A DNA stretch of 64,000 nt from Candidatus Eiseniibacteriota bacterium (lineage in GTDB: Bacteria; Eisenbacteria; RBG-16-71-46; CAVPCR01): positions 1 to 64,000 of the forward strand of contig CAVPCR010000001.1 of assembly GCA_963702435.1 (NCBI GenBank). Direction: 5' to 3'. The notes under the pieces are model-generated. The model did not search any database. It saw nothing but the letters and a program-made list of their open reading frames with translations, and was not told the origin of the DNA. Position numbers and translations under genes: made by a program. Of the stretch, positions 31,588 to 41,200 are shown one piece after another; the stretch's first letter is position 1, and every line of letters begins with the position of its first letter.

Positions 31588-31675
31588 TCGGCCGGCCGGG
31601 CCGCTGCCGGGCGATTACGTGACGTCGATTTCGCAGAACCTAGACCCGCCCTCCGCCGCGCTCCTTGCATAATGG

Positions 31676-32452
31676 ATGGCAATGGAAACAACAGCCAGCA
31701 CGCACCATGCCGCCCCCGCCGGCGCAGCCGCCACCTCGACCGCCGCCGCAGGTGCGATCCCCAAGACCATTCTGGTGATCGAGGACGAGCCGGATGTCCT
31801 CGACCTCGTCGCCTTTCACCTGGGCCGGGCCGGCCATCGCGTGATCCGCGCCGAGACCGGCACGCAGGGTCGTGAGGAGCTCAAGCGGTCCTCGCCCGAC
31901 CTCGTCATCCTGGACCTCATGCTCCCCGACATGTCGGGCATCGAGCTCTTGCAGATGATCGGACGGGATCGCGAGCTGCGGAGGCTGCCCGTCATCATCC
32001 TGTCGGCACGCGGCTCGACCGAGGATCGGGTGCTCGGACTCGAGCTCGGAGCTGTCGACTACGTGCCGAAGCCATTCAGCCCGCGCGAGCTCGTGCTCAG
32101 GGTGCGCGCGGTGCTCGCGCGCGCGGCCGAGGCGGATCGCGAAACTCCGGTCACGATCGGTCCTCTCACCATCGATCGGGTCCAGCACCGCGTGCTGGTC
32201 GAGGGCCAGGAGATCACCCTGACCGCGACCGAGTTCCGCCTGCTCGTCTTCCTCACCGAGCACCCGGCCCGCGTGCACGAGCGGGACCGCCTGCTCGATG
32301 CGGTGTGGGGCGCCGATGTGTTCATCGGCCCGCGCACCGTGGATGCCCATGTCGCCAACCTGCGCGGGAAGCTCGGCCCCGCCGGCGACATGATCCAGAC
32401 CGTCCGCGGCTTCGGGTATCGCTTCGACCCGCCGGCCGCCCACTCCCGCTAG
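31676..32452 (+). CDS. OmpR/PhoB-family response regulator, divergent from pstS
   Basis: IEDEPD, ILDLMLP, KPFSPREL, winged helix LTATEFRLL...RTVDAHVANLRGKL...TVRGFGY. Confidence 0.93.
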   Translation: MAMETTASTHHAAPAGAAATSTAAAGAIPKTILVIEDEPDVLDLVAFHLGRAGHRVIRAETGTQGREELKRSSPDLVILDLMLPDMSGIELLQMIGRDRELRRLPVIILSARGSTEDRVLGLELGAVDYVPKPFSPRELVLRVRAVLARAAEADRETPVTIGPLTIDRVQHRVLVEGQEITLTATEFRLLVFLTEHPARVHERDRLLDAVWGADVFIGPRTVDAHVANLRGKLGPAGDMIQTVRGFGYRFDPPAAHSR

Positions 32453-32541
32453 CCCCGGTTCCCGAGTCCCGACAGCGGGGCGACCCGCAGGCAACGGCGC
32501 TTGCCGCGTGATGGCCCGATCCGCCAGGCGTGCCTCGACCT

Positions 32542-33285
32542 CTAGTCGAGGTCCTTGTAGGAGACGGCCTTGAACTGCCCATCCAGCTCGAGGATCGAGC
32601 CGATGAAGCGAACCTCGACCTCCTCGCCTGTCGCCGTGCGCGCCGTTACCACCGTGCCGCGGTGGGCCACGAAGGTCCGGTAACGCTCGATCTCGCGCTC
32701 GAAACGGACCGCCACGAACTCAAGCCCCTTGCCGCGCCAGGTCCCGATGGCCCGGCCCTGATTGGTGTGGGACCGCGTGTCGAGCATGTCCCATGCGAAG
32801 TCGAGCTGCACATTGTGGTCCCGGGCGGGGAACTCGGGCCACAGGAGCTCGTTGTGCTCGCGCTCGGTGACCCGGAGATCGGTCAGCCCCTGCATGTCCT
32901 CGGCCTCGACCGCGGCCAGGACCTGCCGGACGAGATCTTCGATCGAGGCTGCGGCATGGAACAGCCGGCGCGCGCCCGTGGCGGGCCGCGCGCCGGACAC
33001 GGTCGGGGCGGCATCTGCTGCGGCCGGCGCCGGCGCCGACTCCGAGGCAGCTTTCAGGGCGGAAGCAGCCGGCGGGGACGAGGCAACCAGCGAGGAACCT
33101 TGAGCAGACATCGCGACCTTCGCGCCAGCGGTGCCCTCACGGGCGCCCGGGGCGCCCGGAGCGCCGTCGCTGCGGCCCGGGCCGCTGTCGCGGCCGCCAC
33201 AACCGGCCAGCAGCGCGGCGACCAGCGCGCTTCCGGCCACGACCAGGGGAAGCAGGATCCGACGTCTCGTCGCTCGTTTCATCAT
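32542..33285 (-). CDS. Hypothetical lipoprotein
   Basis: Basic N-terminus, lipobox LLAGC, Ala/Pro linker, globular C-terminal domain; 7 bp from the TonB receptor stop. Confidence 0.75.
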   Translation of the reverse strand: MMKRATRRRILLPLVVAGSALVAALLAGCGGRDSGPGRSDGAPGAPGAREGTAGAKVAMSAQGSSLVASSPPAASALKAASESAPAPAAADAAPTVSGARPATGARRLFHAAASIEDLVRQVLAAVEAEDMQGLTDLRVTEREHNELLWPEFPARDHNVQLDFAWDMLDTRSHTNQGRAIGTWRGKGLEFVAVRFEREIERYRTFVAHRGTVVTARTATGEEVEVRFIGSILELDGQFKAVSYKDLD

Positions 33286-33292
33286 TCCTTCA

Positions 33293-36241
33293 TCACAGGT
33301 TGTAGCTGAGGCCGAACTTGAAGCTCCGCCCCGGCGTGTAGGCGCGCGTCACGAACCCGCCCTGCTCGAAGCGGTACTGGTGGTTCAAGATGTCCTCGGC
33401 CGCGAACTTGAGCTTGATGTGACCGTTGAGCGAGGTCGCCGCGCTCATATCAATCTGGTTGCGATGCCGCTCGTAGATGTCGGGCAACCCGTTCGACCCG
33501 ACCTCCGCGATGCGCTTTCCGTAGAGGTTGTACAGGAGGTTCACGCTCGAGTGGCCGCCCATGAAGACGTAGCCGAGATTGCCGTTGAAGACGTACGGCG
33601 ACTGCCCCTGCAGCGGTCGCTCGCTGCTCGTCTGCACGCCGGTCGAGTCCCCGATCACGACCTCCGACTTGACGAGGGTCAGGTTCACGCCCAGGTTGAA
33701 CCCGGAGAGCTTGCTCCACATGTTGGCGAGGCTCCGCCGGTACTCGAGCTCGACCCCGTAGTTGGTCGCCTCGTCCGAATTGGTGTAGGTGACGATGCGC
33801 GACACCCCGGGCAGGACGACGACCTCGATCGGCCGCTCGAAGTCCTTGTAGAAAAAACTCGCCGCCATCAGCTCACCGACGGCGGGGTAGCGTTCCCAGC
33901 GCACGTCGTAGTTCTTGATCACCGCATCTTCGAGCTGGGGATTCCCGATCTCGGAGCGGCCGCCGACGTACTCCGTGTACTCGAAAGGCGCGAGCTCGCG
34001 GAAGTCGGGACGATTGAGCGTGCGGCTGGCGACGAAGCGGAGGTTGGTCTTGGCGCTCGTCTTGACGACGAGGCTCGCGCTCGGCGACCACTCGCACCCG
34101 ATATTCTCCGCCACCACCGGGACGCCGTTCGGGTTGCCGAGTTCGAAGGTCTGGAGCCGCTGCCGCGAGTCCTCGTAGCGCGCACCGGCGATGATACGGT
34201 AGCGGGTGAGGAAGGAGACGTCGCCCTGGACGAATCCGCCCTTGATGATCTGATTGGCGGTGTAGGCATCTGTGGCGCGAGTGTTCTCCTGGAGCTGGAA
34301 GCCGGTCGGGCGAATGTTCTCCGGCGTGTAGATCTGCTCCGCCGGTGCGCTCAGGTCCATCGAGTCGGGCCGCACGCCGGAGCGCGGCACGAACCGGAAC
34401 CGGCGGGCGAGAAACTCGCGGTCGCGGTCGGTGTAGAAGCCGCCGGCCTTGAGCGTCGCCGTATCGTAGCCCAGGGCCGGGAGCGGCATGCTCCACCCCA
34501 CATCGCCCGAGAGCTCGTTGTCATCCATCGTGCTGAAGAAGCGCTGGCCGCTCATGCCGTTGTCGAACAGGATGTACTGGCCAATGATCGGGTCGTATCG
34601 GTAGAGCACCTCACGATTGTCCGGCTCGTCGCGGTCGGAGCTCGAGCTCCCGAAGCGCCAGGTGAAAAGCGACTGGGCGAGCGGTTCGACCATATGCTCG
34701 CCATCGAGGTGGGTGGCGTAGGTCGAGCGCTCGATCCAGCGAATCCGCTGGTCCTTGATCGGCTCCTCGGGTCCGAGGTTCGGCGAGATGCCTTCGTAGG
34801 TCCGCACCTCGTCGTCGGCGTTCCGCATGTAGGTGTTGCGCCACGAGAACTTGTGCGCCGGCGTCAGCCGGTAAGTCGTGTTGAAGAGGCCGCCCCACTC
34901 GACCGCCGACGTCGAGCGCTCGACGCTGTAGTTCGAGTACGGTACGAGGCCGGCCTCCGTGGCGGCATAGGAGCGTTGCACCTCGTCCTGATTGTCGAAC
35001 TTGCCGCCATAGCTCAGGGAGGCCACATAGCCGAGAGGCCGCCCGAGCACCGAGGACTGGTTGCCGAGCACGAGGTTGTAACCGGCGTTGAGCGAGGACT
35101 CGCGTCGTTGCGGATCCCAGACGTTCTCGAACGATTCGCCGAGCACCTCGATCTCTTCAGGCGTGTAGCCCGTGGTGCCGAACCGGCCCCGAGGCGTCAC
35201 CTTCTGATCATCCGGAATGTCGCCGGGCAGGGCGCGGCGGCCATCATCGAATCCGATCCAGTCCTGCGAGCCGCCGGGATAGGTGCCAAAGCCCGCGAAG
35301 CTCGAACCGGGAGATACGCTCACGCCCTGCCCGAACTCGACGTTGAGATTGTCGGGAAAGTCCTTGGTGTTCACGTCCACCACGCCGCCGGCGAACTCGG
35401 CAGACTGGTCGGCGGTGTAGGTCTTCTGGACGTTCATGTTGTCGATGAGCTTGGCCGGCAGGATGTCGAGGGCCACCACTCGCTTGGTCTCGGTCGACGT
35501 GATCCGTGAGCCGTTGAGCTGCGTGCTCGAGTAGCGCTCGCCGAGCCCGCGCACGTAGACGTACTTGTCCCCGACCACGCTCACCCCGGTCACGCGCTTG
35601 GTCGCTTCCGCCGCATCGGTGTCGCTGGAGCGGGAGATCTGCTCGGCGGAGAGCCCGTCGCTCACCGCGGGCGCCCGCTGCTGGCGGGCGAGCACGGCGG
35701 CCTCGGTGTTCTCGAGGAGCTTGGCCTCGACCCGGATCTCCTCCCCGACCAGCCCCTCGGGCTGGAGCACGACGTCAAGCTTGGTCGGTTGACCGGCCTT
35801 GACCTTGACGCCCGTCACCGTCGCCATGGAGTAGGAGATGTAGCTGACCCGGAGCGAGTAGGTGCCGGCGGGAAGGATGATCTCGTAGGTGCCGTCGAGG
35901 GTGGCGGGAGCGCCCTTGACGACCTCCCCGGTCTGCGGTTCGACGACCATGATGGTCGCCGCCGGCAAGAGCTCGCCGGTCTCCGAGCTCAGGATCTTGC
36001 CGCGCACGACGCCGTCGTTCGGCTGCATGTGCTTGGCGAGGTGCTTGAGCGAGGCGTCGACCTTCGAGGGACTCCCGGCCGCGGGGGCCGGTGCCGCCTT
36101 CTGGGCCGCCGCGGGGGAGGCCGCGCCGGCGAGCAAGAAAGCCGCCGCGATCACGGCGGCAAGTAGCCGCTGGGTTCCGCTCACCGGCGGAGTCCGCATC
36201 CGATCAGGAGTCATTGGGCTGGACTTCATCTCGGTGTCCAT
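33293..36241 (-). CDS. TonB-dependent receptor with N-terminal carboxypeptidase-regulatory-like extension
   Basis: KRVTGVSV..KYVYVRGLGERYS, AEFAGGVV, RPDFRELAPF, GNPQL, LQGQSPY, ends GLSYNL. Confidence 0.93.
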   Translation of the reverse strand: MDTEMKSSPMTPDRMRTPPVSGTQRLLAAVIAAAFLLAGAASPAAAQKAAPAPAAGSPSKVDASLKHLAKHMQPNDGVVRGKILSSETGELLPAATIMVVEPQTGEVVKGAPATLDGTYEIILPAGTYSLRVSYISYSMATVTGVKVKAGQPTKLDVVLQPEGLVGEEIRVEAKLLENTEAAVLARQQRAPAVSDGLSAEQISRSSDTDAAEATKRVTGVSVVGDKYVYVRGLGERYSSTQLNGSRITSTETKRVVALDILPAKLIDNMNVQKTYTADQSAEFAGGVVDVNTKDFPDNLNVEFGQGVSVSPGSSFAGFGTYPGGSQDWIGFDDGRRALPGDIPDDQKVTPRGRFGTTGYTPEEIEVLGESFENVWDPQRRESSLNAGYNLVLGNQSSVLGRPLGYVASLSYGGKFDNQDEVQRSYAATEAGLVPYSNYSVERSTSAVEWGGLFNTTYRLTPAHKFSWRNTYMRNADDEVRTYEGISPNLGPEEPIKDQRIRWIERSTYATHLDGEHMVEPLAQSLFTWRFGSSSSDRDEPDNREVLYRYDPIIGQYILFDNGMSGQRFFSTMDDNELSGDVGWSMPLPALGYDTATLKAGGFYTDRDREFLARRFRFVPRSGVRPDSMDLSAPAEQIYTPENIRPTGFQLQENTRATDAYTANQIIKGGFVQGDVSFLTRYRIIAGARYEDSRQRLQTFELGNPNGVPVVAENIGCEWSPSASLVVKTSAKTNLRFVASRTLNRPDFRELAPFEYTEYVGGRSEIGNPQLEDAVIKNYDVRWERYPAVGELMAASFFYKDFERPIEVVVLPGVSRIVTYTNSDEATNYGVELEYRRSLANMWSKLSGFNLGVNLTLVKSEVVIGDSTGVQTSSERPLQGQSPYVFNGNLGYVFMGGHSSVNLLYNLYGKRIAEVGSNGLPDIYERHRNQIDMSAATSLNGHIKLKFAAEDILNHQYRFEQGGFVTRAYTPGRSFKFGLSYNL

Positions 36242-36328
36242 TTCCTTCTCTGGGGACGCCAGCAGGCGGGACGGGGCCGAGCCCCGCCCCGCCTGCCTGG
36301 CTTCATGCATCCGGTCCGCTGCGTCTCA

Positions 36329-38020
36329 CTACTTGATGAGATGCATCTTCCCGGTCACCACCTGGCCGGCGGCCGCGACTCGGTAGAAGTAGGTCCCGGA
36401 CGAGGTGCCCGCCGGAGCCATCCAGGAGAACGTGTGGCGGCCAGCAGCAAGCTGCTCGCTGCCGGCGATCTCATCGACGAGCCGCCCGTTGCTGTCATAG
36501 ATAGCGATCTGGGTCTCGCTCGGCTGGGAGAGCGTGAAGGCGATCTGCGTCGCGGGGTTGAAGGGGTTCGGAGACACGCTCACCGCGAGCGGAGCCGCCA
36601 CCGACACCGCTGGCTGGTCGCCGATGCCGACCACGTCGCGGAGCAGCGTGCAGGGCTCGCCCCAGCAGTTGGCGGCGGTGGAGACATCACTGATGCGGAT
36701 CGCCGTGCCGCGGGTGTTGTAGATGATCGAGTTGATGAGCGTCATCGTCCCGCCACGGCGGAGCTCGACGCCCTGCCCGCCCGCTGCCTGCCCGCGGGTG
36801 CCGATCATGGTGATGTTCGAGAACGTCGGGTTCGAGCGGGGGACGTTGTCGAAACCGAACTCGTAGTTGTCGCCCTCGATCTCACGGTCCGCCGTGCTCA
36901 CGTCGCCGAGATGGCGCCCGATCGCGTACTGCACCTTGCCGATCCAACCGACCTGGAAGTCGAGGTGATCGTCGCCGCAGTCGGTCGCGATGATGTAGCG
37001 ATCGTTCACGGTGCCGCCGAACCACTCGAAGCCGTCGTCGAAACCACGATGGCACTGGATATGGTCGATCGTTGTGCCGCTGCCGACCCCGTTCTGGGTG
37101 AGCGCGTTGAGCTCGTTGTCGAGGCTGAACTCCTTGCCGGCGAACTCGATGCGTACGTAGCGGAGGGTACCGCTGTTGTCGTTAGGCTGGTTGCCGCCGT
37201 AGGTGCCGGAGCCGCCCTCGCCCTCGCAGGTACCGCCGGGAACCGCTGCGCAGTTGACCGGGGCGAGTCCGTTCAGGACCACGCCGCCCCACTGCCCGCG
37301 GTCCTGCTGGCCGGGGAGGGCGTCGCTCGTGAAGATGATCGGCTGCTGGGGCGTCCCCACCGCGTTGATGCGGGCGCCCTGCTCGATGATGAGCGTGCCG
37401 GTCGTCGCCTGCTCGCCGAAGATGACGACGCCGGGCTGGATGGTGAGGACCGCCGGCGGGAGCACGCGCACGGTGCCGGAGAGGAGATAGCCGTTGGCCA
37501 CGTCGCCCCAGGTCGTGCTGGACGTGATGTTCCCGCTGATGACGTTCGGCGCGCCGTTCGGGAGATCGGTGCGGCCGGCGCCGTTCGTCGAGTAGTAGCA
37601 CCAGGGCTTGGTCCAGTTCTCATCGGCGCCAGAGCCCATGGCCCCCAAGAAGTAGGGCTGGGTGAAGAAGCCGTCGTTCGGCACGACCGCCACCGGCCCG
37701 CCGCCGAGGTGCGTGGCGTTGCCGCCGGCCGCGACGCGGAAGTCAGGGTTCTGCGGGGTGAGGAGCGGGTCGTTGATGAAGTTGGGGTTGATGGTCACGT
37801 TGTGAGGGAACTTGGTGTTGATGAGGTCGCAGGTGTTGAACGAGTCCGCAGAGGTCGGGCAATTCACGAGAAAGCGCGTCTGGGTCGACGGGCAGTTGCT
37901 CGCGTTGTTGAAGAAGAGGTTGCAGTCGACGACGATCGGGTGGCGGTCCTGGGCCAAGGCCGAGCCCGCAACCGCCAAGGCGAGCAGTATGACGATGCTC
38001 GCGGTCTTCATCCAAGACAT
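36329..38020 (-). CDS. Secreted beta-helix-like protein with T9SS-like/FlgD-Ig C-terminal domain
   Basis: Signal peptide; LTIQPGV, PIIFTS, GQWGGVVLNGLAP, YGG...DNSGTLRYVRIEFAG, ELNALT..GVGSGT, DDGFEWFGGTVN; tail PNPFNP...IYDSNGRLV...GTYFYR...KMHLIK. Confidence 0.85.
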   Translation of the reverse strand: MSWMKTASIVILLALAVAGSALAQDRHPIVVDCNLFFNNASNCPSTQTRFLVNCPTSADSFNTCDLINTKFPHNVTINPNFINDPLLTPQNPDFRVAAGGNATHLGGGPVAVVPNDGFFTQPYFLGAMGSGADENWTKPWCYYSTNGAGRTDLPNGAPNVISGNITSSTTWGDVANGYLLSGTVRVLPPAVLTIQPGVVIFGEQATTGTLIIEQGARINAVGTPQQPIIFTSDALPGQQDRGQWGGVVLNGLAPVNCAAVPGGTCEGEGGSGTYGGNQPNDNSGTLRYVRIEFAGKEFSLDNELNALTQNGVGSGTTIDHIQCHRGFDDGFEWFGGTVNDRYIIATDCGDDHLDFQVGWIGKVQYAIGRHLGDVSTADREIEGDNYEFGFDNVPRSNPTFSNITMIGTRGQAAGGQGVELRRGGTMTLINSIIYNTRGTAIRISDVSTAANCWGEPCTLLRDVVGIGDQPAVSVAAPLAVSVSPNPFNPATQIAFTLSQPSETQIAIYDSNGRLVDEIAGSEQLAAGRHTFSWMAPAGTSSGTYFYRVAAAGQVVTGKMHLIK

Positions 38021-38173
38021 GGGTTAGCTCTCCTCATCTACGTTTACGTTTGGTGCTTGTGCTTCAGGGCTCATGTTCGGCCACGCCGGTCACGGGTCTG
38101 CAAAGACCTGGTGATCTTCCCCGGGAGGTCGCGCCGGCTGCTCCCCGGTGAGTCAGCCCGCCGCCCCGGGCCG

Positions 38174-38227
38174 GGTTCCTCCGGCTCCTCCGGCTCCTCT
38201 GGTTCTTCTGGTTCTTCTGGTTCGTTC
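38174..38227. repeat. Degenerate 9-bp tandem repeat, 6 copies
   Basis: ggttcctcc ggctcctcc ggctcctct ggttcttct ggttcttct ggttcgttc. Confidence 0.85.
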
Positions 38228-38288
38228 CCGACCGCTCAAGACGCTACCGGGAGCGAGGTCGCGAAGGGCAAGCGTTGGGACGAGGTCA

Positions 38289-38306
38289 GGTGAAGATTCG
38301 GTGAAC
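38289..38306 (-). promoter_or_regulatory. Possible Pho-box-type direct repeat upstream of the secreted protein/TBDR operon
   Basis: Minus strand GTTCACC-gaat-CTTCACC, 11-bp period, similar to the actinobacterial PHO-box core GTTCACC. Confidence 0.45.
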
Positions 38307-38377
38307 CGGGAACCCGCGAAACGGGAGTCGGTGGACCGGGGGGCGAGTGGGGGCAGGTCAAGCCCAGCTGCGACTAG

Positions 38378-40207
38378 CTAGCCGCGCGGGGGCTTGGCGC
38401 CGAGATCGAGCTTCAGGGTGAACCAGAAGGTCGAGCCGAGGCCCGGCTCGCTCGTCACCCACACGTCTCCGCCGTGCTTGAGGACGAGGTGCTTGACGAT
38501 GGCGAGGCCGAGACCGGTGCCGCCCTCGGCCCGCGAGCGGCCCGGATCGACGCGATAGAGCCGCTCGAAGATCCGCGGCAGGTGGACCGGAGCGATGCCG
38601 ACGCCCGAGTCCTCGACCGCGACACGCACGAGGTCCCCGGCGCGCACCGCGCGCACCGTCACCGTCCCGCGCTCGCGGTTGTACTTGATCGCGTTGTCGA
38701 TCAGGTTCGAGAGGATCTGATCGAGCGCACCCGGATCGGCGAACGCGGGTGGGAGGCCCGGCTCCACCTCCGCGCGCACGGCGACCTGCCGCTCGCGCGC
38801 GCCCCCGCTGTGGAGCTCGATCGCGTTCCCGATCGCGGTTTGCACGTCGCACGGCACGAGATCGAGCTGATACTCGGGGCTGTCGAGCCTGGCCAGCGCG
38901 AGGAGGTCGTCCACAAGATTCGACAGCCGGTGCGCGTGGCGCCCGGCGGCCGCCAGGAAGCGCTCCCGGTCCGCGGGGGCCAGGTCCGGATCGTCGGCGA
39001 GGGTGTCGATGAAGCCGCGGATCGCCGTGAGCGGCGTGCGCAGCTCGTGCGAGATGTTGGCCACGAACTCGCGGCGCACGGTCTCGAGTCGCTTGAGCTC
39101 CGTGATGTCGTGGAGCACGATGATGAGCCCGCCATCGGCGCCGGCGAGCGGAATGACGCTGGCATCGAAGGCGCGCGTCCCGCCGCCGAGCGTCACGTGG
39201 CCGCGCGCGCCGCCGGCGGCGCGCGCCTCGCCGACGAGCGCATCCAGCTCGGGAGACCGCGTCACCTCGAGCGGCGTGCGGCCGATGAGCTCCTCGCCAT
39301 GCGGCAGCGCGGCGCGCGCGGCGCCGTTGGCGAGGAGGATCCGCCCGCTCAGGCCGAGGAGCAGCACGCCCTCGGCCATGCCGTCGAGAACGCCGCGCAG
39401 CTGCTCCTTCTCGCTCTCGAGCTCCTCGACGCTCCGCGCCCGCTCGGCGCCCATGCGGTCGAGCGCGGCCGCGAGGTCGCCGAGCTCGTCGCCCGGCGGC
39501 AGGCGGAGCCATTCGGCACGCGATCCGCTGGCGAGCTGGCGGGCGACCCGCGTCATCGTGCGGAGCGGCGCCGATACGGCCCGGCCGGCGGCCAGGCTCA
39601 GGAGGAGACCGAGCACGAGCGCGGCGCCCGCAGCGGCCAGGAGGCGCTCGCGGATGGCGCGGATCACCGCCTCGATCTCGGCCTGCGGCGCCGAGAGGCT
39701 CACCACGGCCCCGCTCCCGGAGATGGGCAGCAGGGCGGCGGCGTGCACGAGGGCAGGCCGCCCGCCGCGGGCGCGCTCGAGCCCCTGGCCCGTCGCGAAC
39801 GCCGAGTCGACTGCATCGCGACCGACGGCACCGCGCGCAGCGAGGATGGCGGGCGGATCGAGCTCGGAATCCCCGACCAGCTGGCGGTCCCGAGCGATGA
39901 GGCGCACGCGGCCGCCGGCCGCGATGCCGAGGCGATCGACGATCGGGTCGACGACCGCGACGACCCGGGCGCGACCGGGCGCCGCGGTCGAATCGGGCGC
40001 GGCGGCAGCCAGCGCAAGCGCCGCGTCGCTCGCCGCGAGGTACTCGGCGAGCAGGCGGGTGCGGGAGAGGAGCTCGCGATCGCGTCGCTCGTTCAGGCTC
40101 CGTGCGATCATGCGGTCGATGACGAGGATGGCCGGGAGCCCGACCGCGCAGACGACCGCGAGATAAGTCATCGCCAGCTTGATCGAGATCGGAAGGCGCA
40201 TCCTCAC
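38378..40207 (-). CDS. phoR: PhoR-like sensor histidine kinase (HAMP, PAS, HisKA, HATPase)
   Basis: [60 protein letters not shown]; pst context. Confidence 0.9.
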   Translation of the reverse strand: MRMRLPISIKLAMTYLAVVCAVGLPAILVIDRMIARSLNERRDRELLSRTRLLAEYLAASDAALALAAAAPDSTAAPGRARVVAVVDPIVDRLGIAAGGRVRLIARDRQLVGDSELDPPAILAARGAVGRDAVDSAFATGQGLERARGGRPALVHAAALLPISGSGAVVSLSAPQAEIEAVIRAIRERLLAAAGAALVLGLLLSLAAGRAVSAPLRTMTRVARQLASGSRAEWLRLPPGDELGDLAAALDRMGAERARSVEELESEKEQLRGVLDGMAEGVLLLGLSGRILLANGAARAALPHGEELIGRTPLEVTRSPELDALVGEARAAGGARGHVTLGGGTRAFDASVIPLAGADGGLIIVLHDITELKRLETVRREFVANISHELRTPLTAIRGFIDTLADDPDLAPADRERFLAAAGRHAHRLSNLVDDLLALARLDSPEYQLDLVPCDVQTAIGNAIELHSGGARERQVAVRAEVEPGLPPAFADPGALDQILSNLIDNAIKYNRERGTVTVRAVRAGDLVRVAVEDSGVGIAPVHLPRIFERLYRVDPGRSRAEGGTGLGLAIVKHLVLKHGGDVWVTSEPGLGSTFWFTLKLDLGAKPPRG

Positions 40208-40235
40208 TCCGCGGGCCGGAGCTACCCGTGCCCGG

Positions 40236-40913
40236 TCATTCCTCGGCGCTGCAACGGTAACCGACGCCGCGCACCGTCTCGATCAGACGGCCGTGGACAC
40301 CGAGCTTCTGGCGGAGCCGCTGCACGTGGGTGTCCACCGTGCGCGGCGTGACATAGACGTCCTGTCCCCACACCGCATCGAGGAGGCGATCCCGCTCGAG
40401 GACGCGTCCGGGATGGGTGAGGAGATAGTGGAGCAGCTTGAACTCGGTGGCGGTGAGCTCGATCGGAACGCCGTCCACCTCCGCCCGGTGCCCCGCCGTG
40501 TCGACGAGAATGCCGGCGCGGCGCACCGTCGCCTCCTCCTCGGCGTCCTGCCGGCGGCGGAGGACGGCGCGCACGCGTAACGCCAGCTCGCGCGGGCTGA
40601 AGGGCTTCGGCACGTAGTCCTCGCCGCCGAGCTCGAAGCCGACGACCCGATCCACCTCGCCGGAGCGGGCGGAGAGGAAGATGACCGGAATCGACCGCGT
40701 GCGCTCGTCCGCCTTGAGCGCTCGCAAGACCTCGGTGCCGTCCATGTCGGGGAGCATGAGGTCGAGAATGATCAGGTCCGGGTGCTCGCGGGCGCGGGCG
40801 AGGCCGTCCGCTCCCGTGGCCGCGCCGAGCGGCTCGTAGCCTTGCGCCTTGAGGTGGTGACTCACGAGATCGACGATATCCGGCTCGTCGTCGATGATCA
40901 GGACCTTCAGCAT
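40236..40913 (-). CDS. phoB: PhoB-like response regulator
   Basis: IIDDEPD, LDLMLP, KPFSPREL, RTVDTHVQRLRQKL, ETVRGVGY; directly upstream of phoR. Confidence 0.85.
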   Translation of the reverse strand: MLKVLIIDDEPDIVDLVSHHLKAQGYEPLGAATGADGLARAREHPDLIILDLMLPDMDGTEVLRALKADERTRSIPVIFLSARSGEVDRVVGFELGGEDYVPKPFSPRELALRVRAVLRRRQDAEEEATVRRAGILVDTAGHRAEVDGVPIELTATEFKLLHYLLTHPGRVLERDRLLDAVWGQDVYVTPRTVDTHVQRLRQKLGVHGRLIETVRGVGYRCSAEE

Positions 40914-41060
40914 GCCCCAGCTGTCCCCACCGGTATCCCGTCCCAGGAGCTGGCGATCGCGGATGGCCAGCGCATCATAGTCGGAGGCGGCCCGGATCGC
41001 CACCGGCGTCCTCACCGCCCATCCCGCGCCTCCCCCCACTTCTCCCCGGCCGCCGCGAAC

Positions 41061-41105
41061 TTGTGCCGCGCATGTGACCGGATCGCCACATTCGCCGCCT
41101 AGAGT
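41061..41105 (+). promoter_or_regulatory. Pho-box-like array and -10 element upstream of the porin
   Basis: TTGTGCC-gcgc-ATGTGAC-cgga-TCGCCAC, then 10 nt, then TAGAGT; the heptamer series parallels that upstream of pstS. Confidence 0.55.
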
Positions 41106-41200
41106 CCTCCGCGGCTATCGGCGAAAAGTCGCCCCGGCGGGCCGCGATCCAGCCCTGCCGCCGCGGGCCGACCCCGCCGGACTTCAGAGGAGATCCGTAG

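Noticed and set aside
33131..40351. Long plus-strand ORFs 33131..35509, 36305..38293 and 38474..40351
   Set aside because: Antisense shadows of the TBDR, secreted protein and phoR, expected at this GC content; no motifs.
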